A stretch of DNA of 64,000 nucleotides from Phoronis australis (taxonomy: Eukaryota; Animalia; Phoronida). Below are positions 40,181 through 53,700 of this stretch, piece after piece. Position 1 is the first letter of the stretch. Each line of letters starts with the position of its first letter. The position numbers and the translations under genes are program-made. Below the pieces are notes generated by a model. It saw nothing but the letters and a program-made list of their open reading frames with translations, was not told where the DNA came from and did no database searches. The DNA lies in contig NMRA01000953.1 of NCBI GenBank assembly GCA_002633005.1, positions 1-64,000 of the forward strand, given 5' to 3'.

Positions 40181-43100
40181 CTAAATGACAACAGAAAAGT
40201 CCATTTTGTAGTAAACCCCTGACGGTTTCACGGCTGTAACCAATCCAAATATTACTCGACTAAGATTCCCAGCAATGTCTTCAGACTTCAAAGAGATTGA
40301 AGTCTCTTTAGGTTGACTTGGTTGCAACAAGTCACAAGCGCCTTGTGAGAGACCTAGACAGACCTCATACAAAAATGCGACTTCTTGGTCAAAGCAGTCT
40401 TTCCAGTTGATTACCACAGTGTCATCGATTTCTCGTATATCAGGTCCTACAAGAGGCCAGACTTGAGGTTTAAATGCATTTCGATTTAAACTGTATCCGC
40501 TTCTTTAAGTTGCTCCGCTCGTATCATACAATGCCATTCCAAAGTCGCAACCAACGTGTTACGATTCCAAGTTCAGTCTTCAAAAGTGATGCATCTTCTT
40601 CAAATTTGGGTTGCAAATAATAAGGGCTTTTGTTCAAGTCTCGGGGATGAAGAAACATTATGAAAAACAGTTATGCAGATCTAATGGAAAGTAGTCTTGA
40701 ATTTATGAAAGAGGTAAAGCAACTTTCAGTGGCCATGTCTCTAATCATCAAGCAATACAGACGTTTCGTTGTCTGTTTGACTTGTTTCTAATCAGATAAA
40801 ACCGTAGGAAAAGTTTAATGAAAGTTGGGCAAATATCTACACGTATATATCTTTGAACTTCTAACGGTCCAGAAGTGCCTAAGTGACCCATTGTTTGGAA
40901 CACGGTGATGGCTGTTGCCCGTGAAATCAAAATTCTTTCCATGACAAATATTAATGATGAAACTTTCCTGTTCTATTCCTCCTGTAGACCCATATCTTTG
41001 AGCAGCTTCCAGGTTTTCAAAGCTGCTACAAAGCTGCCTTTGTCTCAACATTAACTTTTGATTGAGACCACTTATACCTGGGAAGCTGGTCTAAACTTGT
41101 TCCCAATAACATAGAAATCACGTGGTTTCTAGGGATTGGGAAGTGGTCAGATACCTTTTCTCATATAAGTTAATTACAAATCGTTACAGAATATATGGGT
41201 AAGTGGTATAATCAAAAGTCGTGTTTTTGATGGAATGCTTGTTTGTATCATTTTTAATACATTAGAGTATTTTAGTGCCTCACGTACCTAATTTAACAAA
41301 AACGAAAACTTTTAATGTAAAACTAATAAAAACCAAGCTCGACGGTGCATTCTTTGATGTTACTCTCGCTGTCCTGTGCTCTCCATGATGTTAGTATGGA
41401 AACGGTGTTATTCACATTTGATGGAAAAACCTCGATACTGATGTTTGATATTGCAGGTGATGAGTGGTCAAGTACAGTTTCCTTTGATTGAAAATATGAC
41501 CTGACACCAGCATTATTTTATGAAATGACTGTTGCGTAGAGAGGTGAACCGTGGGGTAGGAAGCATCGTAAGTCACGTGCTGTTGTATGCCGATGTTATG
41601 AAGAGCGAAAGCCACCAGATGTCGTGCCAATGCCGACAAGATGCCTGTGGATCCCACTTTCGCGATCTTTAATATCTAAAGTGAGCTCAACAGTAAGGGG
41701 ACTTAACTGGCGAAGGTACACACTGCTACTATCTTTACTCTCTTTTGTACATTTCCGTAACGATATAGAAATTGACGTTGTATCTCCTTCTATTGACAAA
41801 ACCAATTCGTACACGGCAGTGTTTTCGACACAAAACCTGAAGCTTGCTACGGACCTTTCGGTAAAGTATAGTTCTTTTCGCGAATCTAAGAATAACATGA
41901 ATGCTTGAACTTTGGTTTTGTTTGATGAGAAAATGAGCTCATACGTCTCACGAGCGTCCAGTATCAGCCTACATATATAGATCTTCTTTTTATCCACATC
42001 ATTTATCGACGTAATGTGTGAACTGTCCCCAGACCAAGCCTCACAGTTGAAACCTTCTGGAGGCGTTATGTCAATAAGGAGGGAATCTGATTGGACGTCT
42101 TCAGACACATGACCAGTTGCATCTTCTGCTTTTACATGGACGTTGTACGCCATGCTGTGCTTTAAATTCAAGTGACACAGCTCAACCGTGTCTTGATGAC
42201 CGATACAGTGTATTGTCTTATGTGCGAATGTAGATCATCAAATCCATTCCAAGATGCGTCAATGCAAGACGTGTTTGAGCTCGAATATTTACTTGAGAAA
42301 TGATTTACATTAAAGACAATGCCACTCGTGGGAGGTTTATTGTTGATAACCACTCCAACTGACGTAAAGATCGTGTATAACCCGACTTTGGTGATTGCCT
42401 TAACAGTCGTAAAATACTTCTCGCCCCTGTTTGAGTTTCAGATCAGTGGCAGTGAACGATGTTCGAGTTGTCTTCATTTTGGGCATGACGGAGTCGTCTG
42501 TTGAAAGAAATCAGAACGTGATATTGCTTTGTTATTGCCCCACTTTTGAAGGAATCAGTGAGATAATGTTTGTACTTTAACCACAAATTCTTGCGCCACA
42601 TTTATGCTAAAAATTAATTGAAAACTCGTATTTTTGTTTTTTAGGGTTACTTTCGTTGAGATTCAATGATTCCTTATTATTTTCTTGATTGCAGGCTTTA
42701 AAGCAGCAGTACAAATTACTTCAAGCCAGCAGTGGATAGAACTGATAATTTAACCACCCGGCATCATCAAATACCCATCACTTCAAAGAAAATTAAAACA
42801 CTTATAAATGATTAATGTCATTATCATCAAGTGAGTAAAACAACAATTTTTTATTTACATCCACGAATTTAAAACACGGTGTGAGTTTTGGCAGGCGTAA
42901 AATATTACCAATGTACTTTATAAACATTTCAACTCAGTGTATGTTTGCCTTATTTCACTTATAATTTAAATGTATTTTTTTTAAAGTGTGCGGGTTTCCT
43001 CGGACAACCGATTACGTGTGATGCTGTCGAGTAAGTACCACTGTCACCCACTACATCCAACATTTAAGCAGGTGTTGCAACACCAAAAATAAACAGTGAA

Positions 43101-44102
43101 CTAAATAGTGATATGATTACACTCAATTAAATTTGAAAATATTTGAAGTTCCATTGCGTGAGCATTATTTGTGTTGAAGCTTCTCTCGATTAACTCATGT
43201 TAAACTCCTTCCTCTGGTTCCATACCAATAAACGCTACATCAGCAGGTTAACAAATTTGATGTTTTTTCACAAATAAAAGTATTAACTTAATGGAAGGGT
43301 CATCGTTGATAAAATGAAGTGGAAAATGTATGGAACATGCAAGTATTTAAGCATATCCTGCCGACTTCTCTCATAAGCCAATTAGCGGTGTTCGTTAGAA
43401 CCCGGCACTGTGTATTGATTCATTTTGACCTTGTAACTACCACAAACAACATTTTGATTTACAAGACATTGTCAACAATGTGTCCCAAAGAGTAGCTGTC
43501 TTCTTGAGCGTGACTGTGCAGACAGTTTACGTGTCAAAGTAGAACTTGCACGCTAATTCCTTATCTCTGTGATTCCTGTGAATTTAGAAACACAACATAT
43601 ATAGCAACACACTAGATGAGAACGTCGTTTTTAATATCCGTTAATTAACCAAAATCGTGTTTGGTATACTTTAACATGTCTGTTAGTATTTTTAAGAACA
43701 GTAATTGTGTAGAGCTTTCTTAACACTTGGGTTTTCAAAGTTTTTAAAATGAGTTCACTTTATTATATTCAGCATGTACAAAACGAACCTGGACATCTTG
43801 TAAATCACAAAGAAAGTTCTTACCCTTCCAGTTCACAGGCAACTGTCAATGCTCTGACACGTTTGTAATATTATGCATCTGCTACTACATGTAACAGTGT
43901 ATTCAGGAAATGAGGAGGGTATAATTTCAGAACTGCAGGATTATAAAAGAACCATAAAATACAAACAACAATGAATGCGTATTAAATACACTCGTTATTT
44001 AAAGAAGAACAAAGAACAGGCCATGTAAATTTGAAAAACTCACCTTGCTTCCAATCTTAATACCAGGAAATACAAAAAGAACAAGTGGATCACGACAGAC
44101 AT
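40181..44102 (-). pseudogene. Disabled, apparently internally deleted paralog of the giant FnIII-repeat gene
   Basis: Signal exon 44044-44102 (MSVVIHLFFLYFLVLRLEA, AG|gtgag). Putative exon 43824-43932 with a stop. FnIII-repeat block ~41334-42498 with frameshifts near 42425, 42170 and 41605 and an in-frame TAA near 41520. Terminal exon 40181-40446 (VINWKDCFD...YEVCLGLSQGACD...VTAVKPSG, TAG). Confidence 0.75.
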
Positions 44103-44247
44103 ATTCCTTTACGAAATGCTGGTGTGTCCATATGATAGTACCTGATTAGACTAGACGCGGTTCAAACCTGTTACTTGGTCTGACGCTATGTTTTCATGAT
44201 AAGGTAATCGCGTCGTGAAGCTTATTGACAACTGCCAGTTTGATACT

Positions 44248-44257
44248 CAATTTATAA
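44248..44257 (-). promoter_or_regulatory. Candidate TATA box (TTATAAATTG) of the pseudogene
   Basis: Same 10-mer as 37201-37210, about 146 bp upstream of the ATG at 44102. Confidence 0.4.
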
Positions 44258-46223
44258 TTTTTAAGTAAACTTTCCGGGTGTTCATTTTAGTTGTGCGTAA
44301 TTTTATGCGAGCCTGTTAAATTTCTTTAGCAAACGCAATATTGGCTCGCTTCTCATGGAAACTTCCAGAAATGTTACTATAAAATTTATGGGCATACAGT
44401 ATTAGTTGTAAAAGAATATTAGGCTATTAAACGCATATTCACATATATAAATACATGTGAACGTATGCGCAATTCTATTTTTGACAAACAGGCATTATTT
44501 AGCTTAGAACAGAAAGGTTTCGCCTAACATCGATCTTATATAAGACAATCTGGCGCGTGTGTCAGTGTGTGTGTGTTTGTACGCTGGTATACATGCTTAC
44601 AAGTTAAAATTATTGCTATAATAATTTGGGCAATATTTCCATGTTGCCCATATACTTTTTAATACTTCGATTTCTGAGCAGTATTGCAGTATTAACATAT
44701 ACCCGAGAAATAAAATTTAAACAATAAAAATGTTCATTGTAAACGATTCCAATCTAATATTTTGTGTTACTGACAACATGCTTGCCATTGTCTTTCTCTT
44801 GGAAACTGTCCCACTATTTGTGTTTTTCCCGCCATCCCGCCGCATAATGTCCCGCTTTTTGCCTAATGGCGAAACTGACATATTATTATCAAATTATTGT
44901 AATTTCCCACGCAACACAGCCATGTTTCACTGTTCGACTAAAAAGAAAAATCGGGAAGTTTCATGGATTTTTGCGGCACCTATAATTTCACATTCGCCTT
45001 ACAAAACACCGTCGAGCGCTTATGGTTGTTGGACAAAAAACGTTGCCGGTTAGTCTGTGTCTTTTTAGCGAACATTGCGTTTTGGCATAGATCCAAATGT
45101 CTCGCTCTTTTATCCGAAGGTCTCGTTTTTCAGTCCAGGTTTTAGTTCATTATTTTCATTCTCGAATTCTCACCGTGGTAACTGTGCAATATGCGTTCAG
45201 AATGACATTTTTAATTTGTTTTGAACACTGCTATTTTCCAGAATCACTTTCTTTAGTGAAATCACCTTCGAGAAAATGTCACAATTTCTCTTGTTTAAGG
45301 TAATATACAATACATTTACCGGGATCACTAAATTTTACTTTCTGAAGAAATGAGTTTATTTCTAAGCTTTTGTGGAAATCCAGCATTGCAACCCACATAA
45401 TGAGCTATCCACAGTACATGTACATATGAAAGCTACACAATGGATGTTTTTGTTCGGTTTTCTTTCAGAAAACTCTTATCTGTGAATTTCGAATAGGTGG
45501 TTGGAGCAATTAGTTGGTCACCCTTGTTGCGTCTTGAATCTTTACTGAACAATGTAAATGTATCAAGTGGTATCAAAGATCCAATTAACAAATAGAGTTG
45601 TATAGTGTTGGATGAGTACCTGACTAAATTCATAACAACAATGAGGAATACATATTCTAAAATATTTGTTAAGAATCTTTGAATAGTTCACACCAGCGTA
45701 GCAAACACAGATACTGAGTTTACAAAGGAGTTGCCGTCGCCCGACCGAAAAAACAGGGTACATGTAATTATTGCGACTAATGTAACTGTGAAGACAACCT
45801 GCCTTGGACGTCATTTTCATTGCCAATCATAAAGAGCTTCGGCTTCACGTTCAACGCGACCATGCACGTGACAGTCAGCAGAGGTCACAATGAACGGGGT
45901 GTGGAAGGAAAATAAAAAGGGCTTGAGTTAAATGACAGGGGAGTAATACTTTTGAGAAGAACGTGGATGTCTAGGCCTACTTGTGATCCCCTTCCTCTTG
46001 GGTAAGCGGGTTCAAGTCACTGTAGTTTGTCCGAGTCTCTGCGGCATAGCGTGGGGCGTGGTGAGAGAGTTGGGCAGTTATTCCCAGTGGCCCAAAGATG
46101 AATGGGGAAACAGGCGGTGACATAGGATACTTAGTGGGTTACAACTCATGTTGTACATATACGCGAGATCAGTTGTCTCCAAGTTGTTACCGTCCGTGTG
46201 ACAAAACTGAACGCGAAAATTAA

Positions 46224-46942
46224 CATTGTGACGTAAACTACCAAAGAGTTTGTGTTTGCGCCAACGTGTTGCCGGAGTTCTCTCATGAGACAGTATAAAC
46301 CGTTCATACTATCAAGGTACTACCATCGGAAACTAAGTCCGTAGCTGGTCGCATAGAAATCGGTAGACACGCATCCTTCGTTTACATGTTATAATAATTA
46401 AGATAATCAAAAGTATTTGTCGGTAACCGGCTGATGAGCGCCCAAGGTACGATATGAATGGAATCTGTATTAGGACATCCTAGAAAGAGTCAACAATGGT
46501 AGCGTCCCATAGGTGATATCCATGCGACGCGCTTAGTCCTACGCTCGCAGCATGGATGTAACAATTTAAAGAATGCCTTGCANCATTGTGACGTAAACTA
46601 CCAAAGAGTTTGTGTTTGCGCCAACGTGTTGCCGGAGTTCTCTCATGACACAGTATAAACCGTTCATACTATCAACGTACTACCATCGGAAACTAAGTCC
46701 GTAGCTGGTCGCATAGAAATCGGTAGACACGCATCCTTCGTTTACATGTTATAATAATTAAGATAATCAAAAGTATTTGTCGGTAACCGGCTGATGAGCG
46801 CCCAAGGTACGATATGAATGGAATCTGTATTAGGACATCCTAGAAAGAGTCAACAATGGTAGCGTCCCATAGGTGATATCCATGCGACGCGCTTAGTCCT
46901 ACGCTCGCAGCATGGATGTAACAATTTAAAGAATGCCTTGCA
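46224..46942. repeat. Direct duplication of 359 bp separated by a single N (probable assembly artefact)
   Basis: 46224-46582 equals 46584-46942 except for two substitutions that I could see (catgaga/catgaca; caaggtac/caacgtac). The n is at 46583. Confidence 0.9.
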
Positions 46943-47433
46943 GACTCCATATGACGTCATCTGGCGTAGCAATTCACCTCTGAGTGAGTGTAAACATAGT
47001 CGAGTTTATCACAGAATGGATGCATGAAACTACTCTGAATTATTTGGAGTTGTGCCACGAAGCATCATGACTTGCGCATGATTTGCAGAAATTTGACGTT
47101 TTGTTGATCACAAGCGGATTTGTAATCCAGGCGATCCTGGGTTAAGTAGGCAATCTTCAGTTTCAGGCATTCGGCTGAGTTAGGATTGAGTTTCACTTCG
47201 ACTGGAGCATGAAATGGGCTCGTGCATGCTGTCGGCTTACACGCATAATTTATAATGAAAATTATGTTTTATACAATTATTGTTCAGCTTCTGTGACTTC
47301 AACTAACACACCTCAATTCTAAGTACTTGTTGTCTGCATGTAATGGCAAAGTTAATGATTAGAGGCCACCAACTCACACTTTATAGATCGCATATTGATC
47401 CTAATATGGTGCATAAAGCCAACACATACAAAA

Positions 47434-47706
47434 TCAGTTTTTAGTAAGCCATGTCATTTCCCAGTTGTGCACGTCAGCCATTCGTTTGTTTCTGACTTCC
47501 GAGAGCTCGACACTTCGACGAAGCCTATGCTTAGCTATTCTAACGACACTGAATGGCGCAATGGAAACTCTACTCCATCTTGGACACTCCCCGGTTGCCC
47601 AGAATTCAGTCGTTCTGGACAGGTTATCTTGTATTTTTTCCTTGTTGACGTTCTCACTGACATGTATTGTGACGAATGAAATGTTTTGGTTGAAAACCAG
47701 CAGAAT
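47434..47706 (-). CDS. Terminal exon of Hedge/MBL/M15 gene
   Basis: cttcag|ATT. Translates ILLVFNQNISFVTIHV...CPRWSRVSIAPF...RLRRS...WEMTWLTKN*. Confidence 0.8.
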   Translation of the reverse strand: MLLVFNQNISFVTIHVSENVNKEKIQDNLSRTTEFWATGECPRWSRVSIAPFSVVRIAKHRLRRSVELSEVRNKRMADVHNWEMTWLTKN

Positions 47707-50700
47707 CTGAAGTGAAACAATATAACACAGCGCTATTAATTTTATTCCAAAAACATAGTGATATTCATCAAAGATTCTTGAGGAAAATTGCGATGTCACG
47801 CTTCAAAAGGTAACCAAAATTCCACGGATTGATACAATAATGAATAATTTTTGTGTGGATAACTATCGAAGTCAGATTCGTGCGATTGAATAACAAATGT
47901 GTAAAACGAAACACACAGAATTACCTTAAGAACATTTCTTAGGGCAGAAAAGTCTCGATCTTTTTCGATGTAGACATTGACTTCACCAACAGCACTCATG
48001 GCTAGAAACTGCTCGAGCAAGTTTAGTGACGGGTTCGGGTTGTCTCGACTGTCATAAATCATCTCTTCAATACTTGCACCAGTCTTCGGCTTGTACCTCG
48101 TCATTAACAGTTCCTCTGAAATAAGCGGTCACAGGTACAGACTGATTCCTTAGGATTTTAAACATATGTAATAGTATGACTGTGCTTACTTTTAATAGTT
48201 GTTAATTTATTGGAAAAAATCCTTGGTAACGAAGTTACGTGTACACAGTTACCTTAACGATGTTCATCACGGTATGCAAACATACATGTACATGGACATG
48301 TGCATGGTGTTGTACGAACAGTGTTGTTTCTAAGAGAGCAAAAATTCTGACAAAATACTTTGTATATACATGCATATACAATGAGTTCCTCAGAATGAAA
48401 TTGACATAATTTTCGAGACTCTGACTAACTTGGCGTTTTTCTCATCAGCCTTTAATTGACAGCTTAGCAATTGTAATAAACCGACACATTTTCGAATTTC
48501 AGTCACACTTTACTTTGAACTATAGCTATTTTTTGTAATGGAACTTCCAAGGCCAAATGTGTTACCGCGATTTTGACAAAGTGCACGTGGCCTCTTTTGT
48601 CAAGATTTTGTTGAGAATTTGTGGGAATTGAAACGTGATCTAATCGAAAAGAAATGAATATTCGATATTGAGCGACGAAACTTAAACAGACGAATTTCGA
48701 TGATCTATGGTTTGGTTTGAAAACTGGTGTTGGCTGCTATGCAACAAGACGACACCGCATGCTTTTCACGTCACTAAGGTATAATTCACTTATCAGACAA
48801 GACTCTAAAGTACACAATTTAAAAGAACACAATCAATTTCTAAACATCCAGAATACCTACTTAGAAACGAGTATATCTGCGTGTTTTCCAAGCATAGCGA
48901 AGTGTCACATGCCAGAGAATGGACGCTTGAGTTCGTGTTCGCTGAATTAAAGAAACTCGTCTTCTCCACGTTTCCAAAAGGAATGCTGGCCTTTGCAACA
49001 AAGTTGGACAGAAACTTCAAGCAAGATGCAACTTTTTTCTCCCATATTTTGCCTAAAATAGAAGGAGCGATTACTCTCTACCATAAAGTTTCCGGTGAGC
49101 TAACCTGTGGCGTTGCTTTACGCTTAACGAGGCCTGTGCCCGAATGTATGAAACAGTCCCAAATAGGGACTAAGTTCCCAAATCTTTTGCGTATTTGTTT
49201 CGCTCTATACTCTTAGGCGTATAGTTTTTATGGCATTATCTTGAGCTCTTTTTTGACTAATGACATCTTCCAATAATATATATATAACTGAAAACACCCA
49301 TAATTCAGTTAAAATAATTAGAAAGTTAGTCCTTAAACTACAGGCGTTGCATAAAAAGATCCATAATAATCATATTTTAATATTCTTAAAAGAATTCAAC
49401 GTGGAGTTCACTTTCGGTTTTTTATCAAAGTCAACAATTGACTTAGTAATATGACTCAAACAGCATAAGAGGGGACAATCAGTATTTTCACAAGCCAACA
49501 AATGCGCTTTAGATTAAGAGAACTTAGTTGAGTCCCTATTTGAGACAGTTTCATGCAACCGGCCACTGGAGCGCGAAAAACAGGCGAACTTGCATTACAT
49601 ACATGTATCCACGGTTTCTTCGTACAGATTTTTGAATTGCTATTGACAACAAAGGATTAATCTTCTATTTTTAAATTTCAAAAAAAAAACAATCTGGCAA
49701 TTTCTCGTCACTTCGTCGGTTTTTCTCCCACAAGACGTAGCCGTATCACATTTCCCTTATACGGGAAATGCGACCTTTTGCCTTTGATGTAAACTAGACA
49801 ATGGCGATTTCAAGAAGTAGCCACACTCCGATAAAGAGGCAATTAAGATATAGTGTATGTCCTAACTGTTTAAAGTTATTTATAAAGGTTTCGTACAGTA
49901 GTATTCAAATATAGCCTAGAATCCTTTTTGGGAAATCGCTTGCTTCAGTGCCTTGCCTCGTACTATGCTGTCGACATCAGATTTGAATTTCAATGACGCA
50001 TGATACTCTTCTGTTAACAGCCATTTTTTCAGTCAACAGTTTGTCAAATATCTGCGTTTATCTTCAATGGGAGAATATTGTGGTGAGCGTACATGTATTT
50101 GAAAAATCTCCTCAGTGGATAAAAGTGAATGACTCTGTATTAGGTGTTGCGAGATGGCGCTTGGGTCAGGAATTGCTTAAAAAATATTTTGACGAGCTTT
50201 TGCGTTGCAGGCTTCTTTAGAAGCGGAGCAATATGATGAAAGCTCGAAGGTCACCGTTTAATAATAAATGTTATGCAGTATATAGAGCCACCATTGCAGT
50301 GAATATCGTCTCCTCTATTCGAGACCAGGCATCGCCGGCCAAAACACCACAGGAGTAACCAAATCACGTAAACTCATCAAAGCCACAAGATGTGAGTGGT
50401 CACTCATGACTACATGTAGTTTGAGGACTCAATTCTAAAGAAACCATGATTAATAAAAACACAAGAAAATCAAAACAAAGATTCACCGAATCCGAGGCCG
50501 GGTCCGCAGTTGGTGACAAAACATTCTTTCAAATATTTTTCTGTCGAGTAGAGCTGGTTGCCTTTGTTTTTCAAATTATCCTTCAACTTAACCACGCCTT
50601 GATTTCGATCCTTGAGAGTTTCTTTACAGAAGTCGATCCTTTTCGAAAATGCTAATCTGAAATTTTTTCAAAGAACAGAAAAAGACTGAGTAGATGAAAT

Positions 50701-53700
50701 TGAGACTGCTGCATAGAACAATGCTTTACAATGTATCTAAGTTTAAACCTCTATCTTATTGTTTTACAGGAATGTAAATATGTGAAAATAGATTTTTGGA
50801 TAAAAGAACGTCCCAATCCGTGATTATCTGACGCCATACAGAACGATTTGAAATCATTGTCGGTACTTCCATTTATTCCAAAGTGAAACAGTTTGATAAA
50901 AACTAACATAATACACAGCAATTAAGAAGAATCTTAAATACAGTCATAAAAACTTTGTGATGTATTTCAGGAAACATCAGTGGGAGTAATACAACGGCGA
51001 TCATTTTTAAAATGTTACTTCTTCTTGCTGAATGGCTGTGAAATGAAGTAAAACTTCTGTCCATATTTTGGTTCCTTGCAAGCTCTGCCATCATTGACAG
51101 GGTCAATGAGAGATCCACCTAAAATAGTCGTGATTCGTAGTTAAAGAGGTAGACGTAATATATGTGTTAATGCTATTAAAGCGGTTAGGATTGTGATGGT
51201 ACATCTTTAAGAGGACAGGCAATGTCATCCATCCCGTCTTACTGTAGAAACAAATCTATTCAAATGAGCTTGTGGTGACAAGTATGGGCTTCGTTTGAAC
51301 AAAGAAACCCATGCACCTCAGTCACGACATGTGTTTATTAACAGTATTTCAACGATACCCCCACGTTAATAATCGTGCATGTAGCTCACGTGAAATGAAA
51401 AAGATGGCGCAACCCTAGTGTTTTGTGGACCTTTTCATTGAGCAGCGAACCCCATCGCCCATCCAAGACGATTCCAATCTACACTAACTTGGTGATAGAC
51501 ACCTTGTATTAAATGTTAAGTAGAACGCAGAAACATGATACCTGCGCTCAACTACTTCTCATAGTTGCTCTTATGATGCATGTGCGGTGAATCGGGACAG
51601 TAAACTTTAAAACATATCCAAGAGAATTGGTAACATGTACCTTTGGTGAAAGTGACACCAACAACTCACGGCATCCCTAATGAAGCAGTGTATATGCCAC
51701 CTCAGTGTACTGTACTTAGCCGAGTTTTACTTAAAGTGTATTAAAAGTAGGCTATAATAGATGGATACGGTGGAATAAATCACATATGTTGCATCTTAGA
51801 AACAAGTGGAACAATACCTTTGTTTACAACACTAGCAAACGACTCCAGGTTCTTAAACCATGGCGTTGCTTCTGCTTCCCACACCTTCATCCGTGCAGCA
51901 TTATCAACCAGTGGCTGAGGACTCAAATCGACGTATAGTTTGTTGCGATGTGCACCCAAACCAAGGGTCATGTGTTCAGTGTTGAATACACGCAGACAAC
52001 TACGAGCCACGACGTGGGCTAAGTCGTATAGTAGTTCAGAATTTGTAACGGACAATTCAACTGCTTGCCCGGTTTGGAAACGATACCGTTCTTCCTTATG
52101 TCGGAAGTCTATGTCTCTATTGTTTATGTATCGCGTCCGGTAGCCTGATCCTTCCAGAATGCGGAAATTTGGAAATTTACTTTTCACGATTTCGAGACAC
52201 TCCAGCAACTTGACGTCCAGTCTAAAATACCTCTTTCCAGGATAAGCGAAGTCTTCGATTAGGAAATGCTCCGACAGATGGAGCTTCCTTTGTGAACCGT
52301 CTAGAAGCTTTATGATGCGACTCTCCTCTTTCAGACGTTTAGGATATGAATATTCATGACGTACATGATCAGGCAAACCTGCTACAAAGAGCTGAGTCAA
52401 AGGGAATGAGACCAGTTCTCCGACCGCGTCTTGTTGTGGCTTTACACAAACCTCTATATCATTGTTGCCGATAACTTTAACGTAGTCGAACCCAGCGCAC
52501 TGTGCCAGCGAGGACAGTCGCGAAAGGTCACTCGATCTCCCGTTCAGTAAGCGAAGCTTCGCAGCTCTGAAAAAATTGCAGTTTGAAACAAGTTGTCGCA
52601 AGCAAATCAAGTCCTGGTGCCTAATTTTTAATTCTTTAACTCTAACTTAATTTTGGTTCAATTGTATAGGTCCAACATATGAGTTTTGTTAGTCTGTGCC
52701 CGAGCCAGTACACGACAAATGTGTAATCCTAGGTTGCACTTGACGACCCAAGCAGCTGTAATTTCTAGTCTGCGCTCAAAATCTCAAATCTGTTCTCCAA
52801 TGTGTAGCTTGAATCCAGGGCTCATCGTGTAATACCTCCGAGTAGATAGAAACATCTTCATAAATCACAACTGATTGCTCGTAACAAAAGGAAGTGTCCA
52901 TTTCTAGTTTTACAGACTCTTGCTCATCATTTTCAGAGAGTATAAGAGATAAAATTAACAACGTTTCAGTAGGCTGTAAACCCGCTTTGCAATCAGCCCA
53001 GCACCAGCAACACCGATAACCACATTATAATCCAGAAACAACGGTGTCATCCAACACTTGCCCTACCTTCCTTCTGTATATAACGTGCTTTCGGATTTAT
53101 CCACATAAGAGTTCGATGTCGGTTCTTTCCAAGCATTCTGGACTTGAAGTGTTCGGGTGTCTGCAAAGAAGCTGGTTAAGTTTCTGTATCACGCTATGTC
53201 CACAAGAACACAGCGCTTAGAAGAATGTCCGTATTAATTCTGTTGTGTATTTAATTTTTGGTGTGTACTAATTTCGATGTTGTTTACTCCGCTTACACGT
53301 ACGCAAATATGTATGTGTTCAAACTTAGCAGTGGGCTTATGGCCTTTGAGGACTTCAACAAAGTGAAAGTAAATTATGTCAAAAATGACATAATTTCTGT
53401 GTAACTTAAGATCGAAGACAAAAATTTGACTTTCTATACATAAACCAGTCTTCTCGGAATTTTCGTCATCAGTCTTAAATTAACCAGAATTTCGGTCGTA
53501 GCTTAGATAATCTTTGGTCTTCTAAGACTTAAACGCCTTAATCTTTGGTCAGTTTTCATGAAAGTAGTCCCAGATTTTATTTAATTGATAATTTTGTTGA
53601 AACACAACTATGCACTAGCAGCAAACGTATCAAAACACATCAGCTGCAGTTTTGCTACAAAATCTCCGCGGCCATTACATGGATAGTCAGTTTACCGCGC

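Noticed and set aside
46224-46942. 359-bp tandem duplication as a biological repeat or LTR pair
   Set aside because: The copies abut a single N and differ by about two SNPs, typical of unmerged contig or haplotype overlap.
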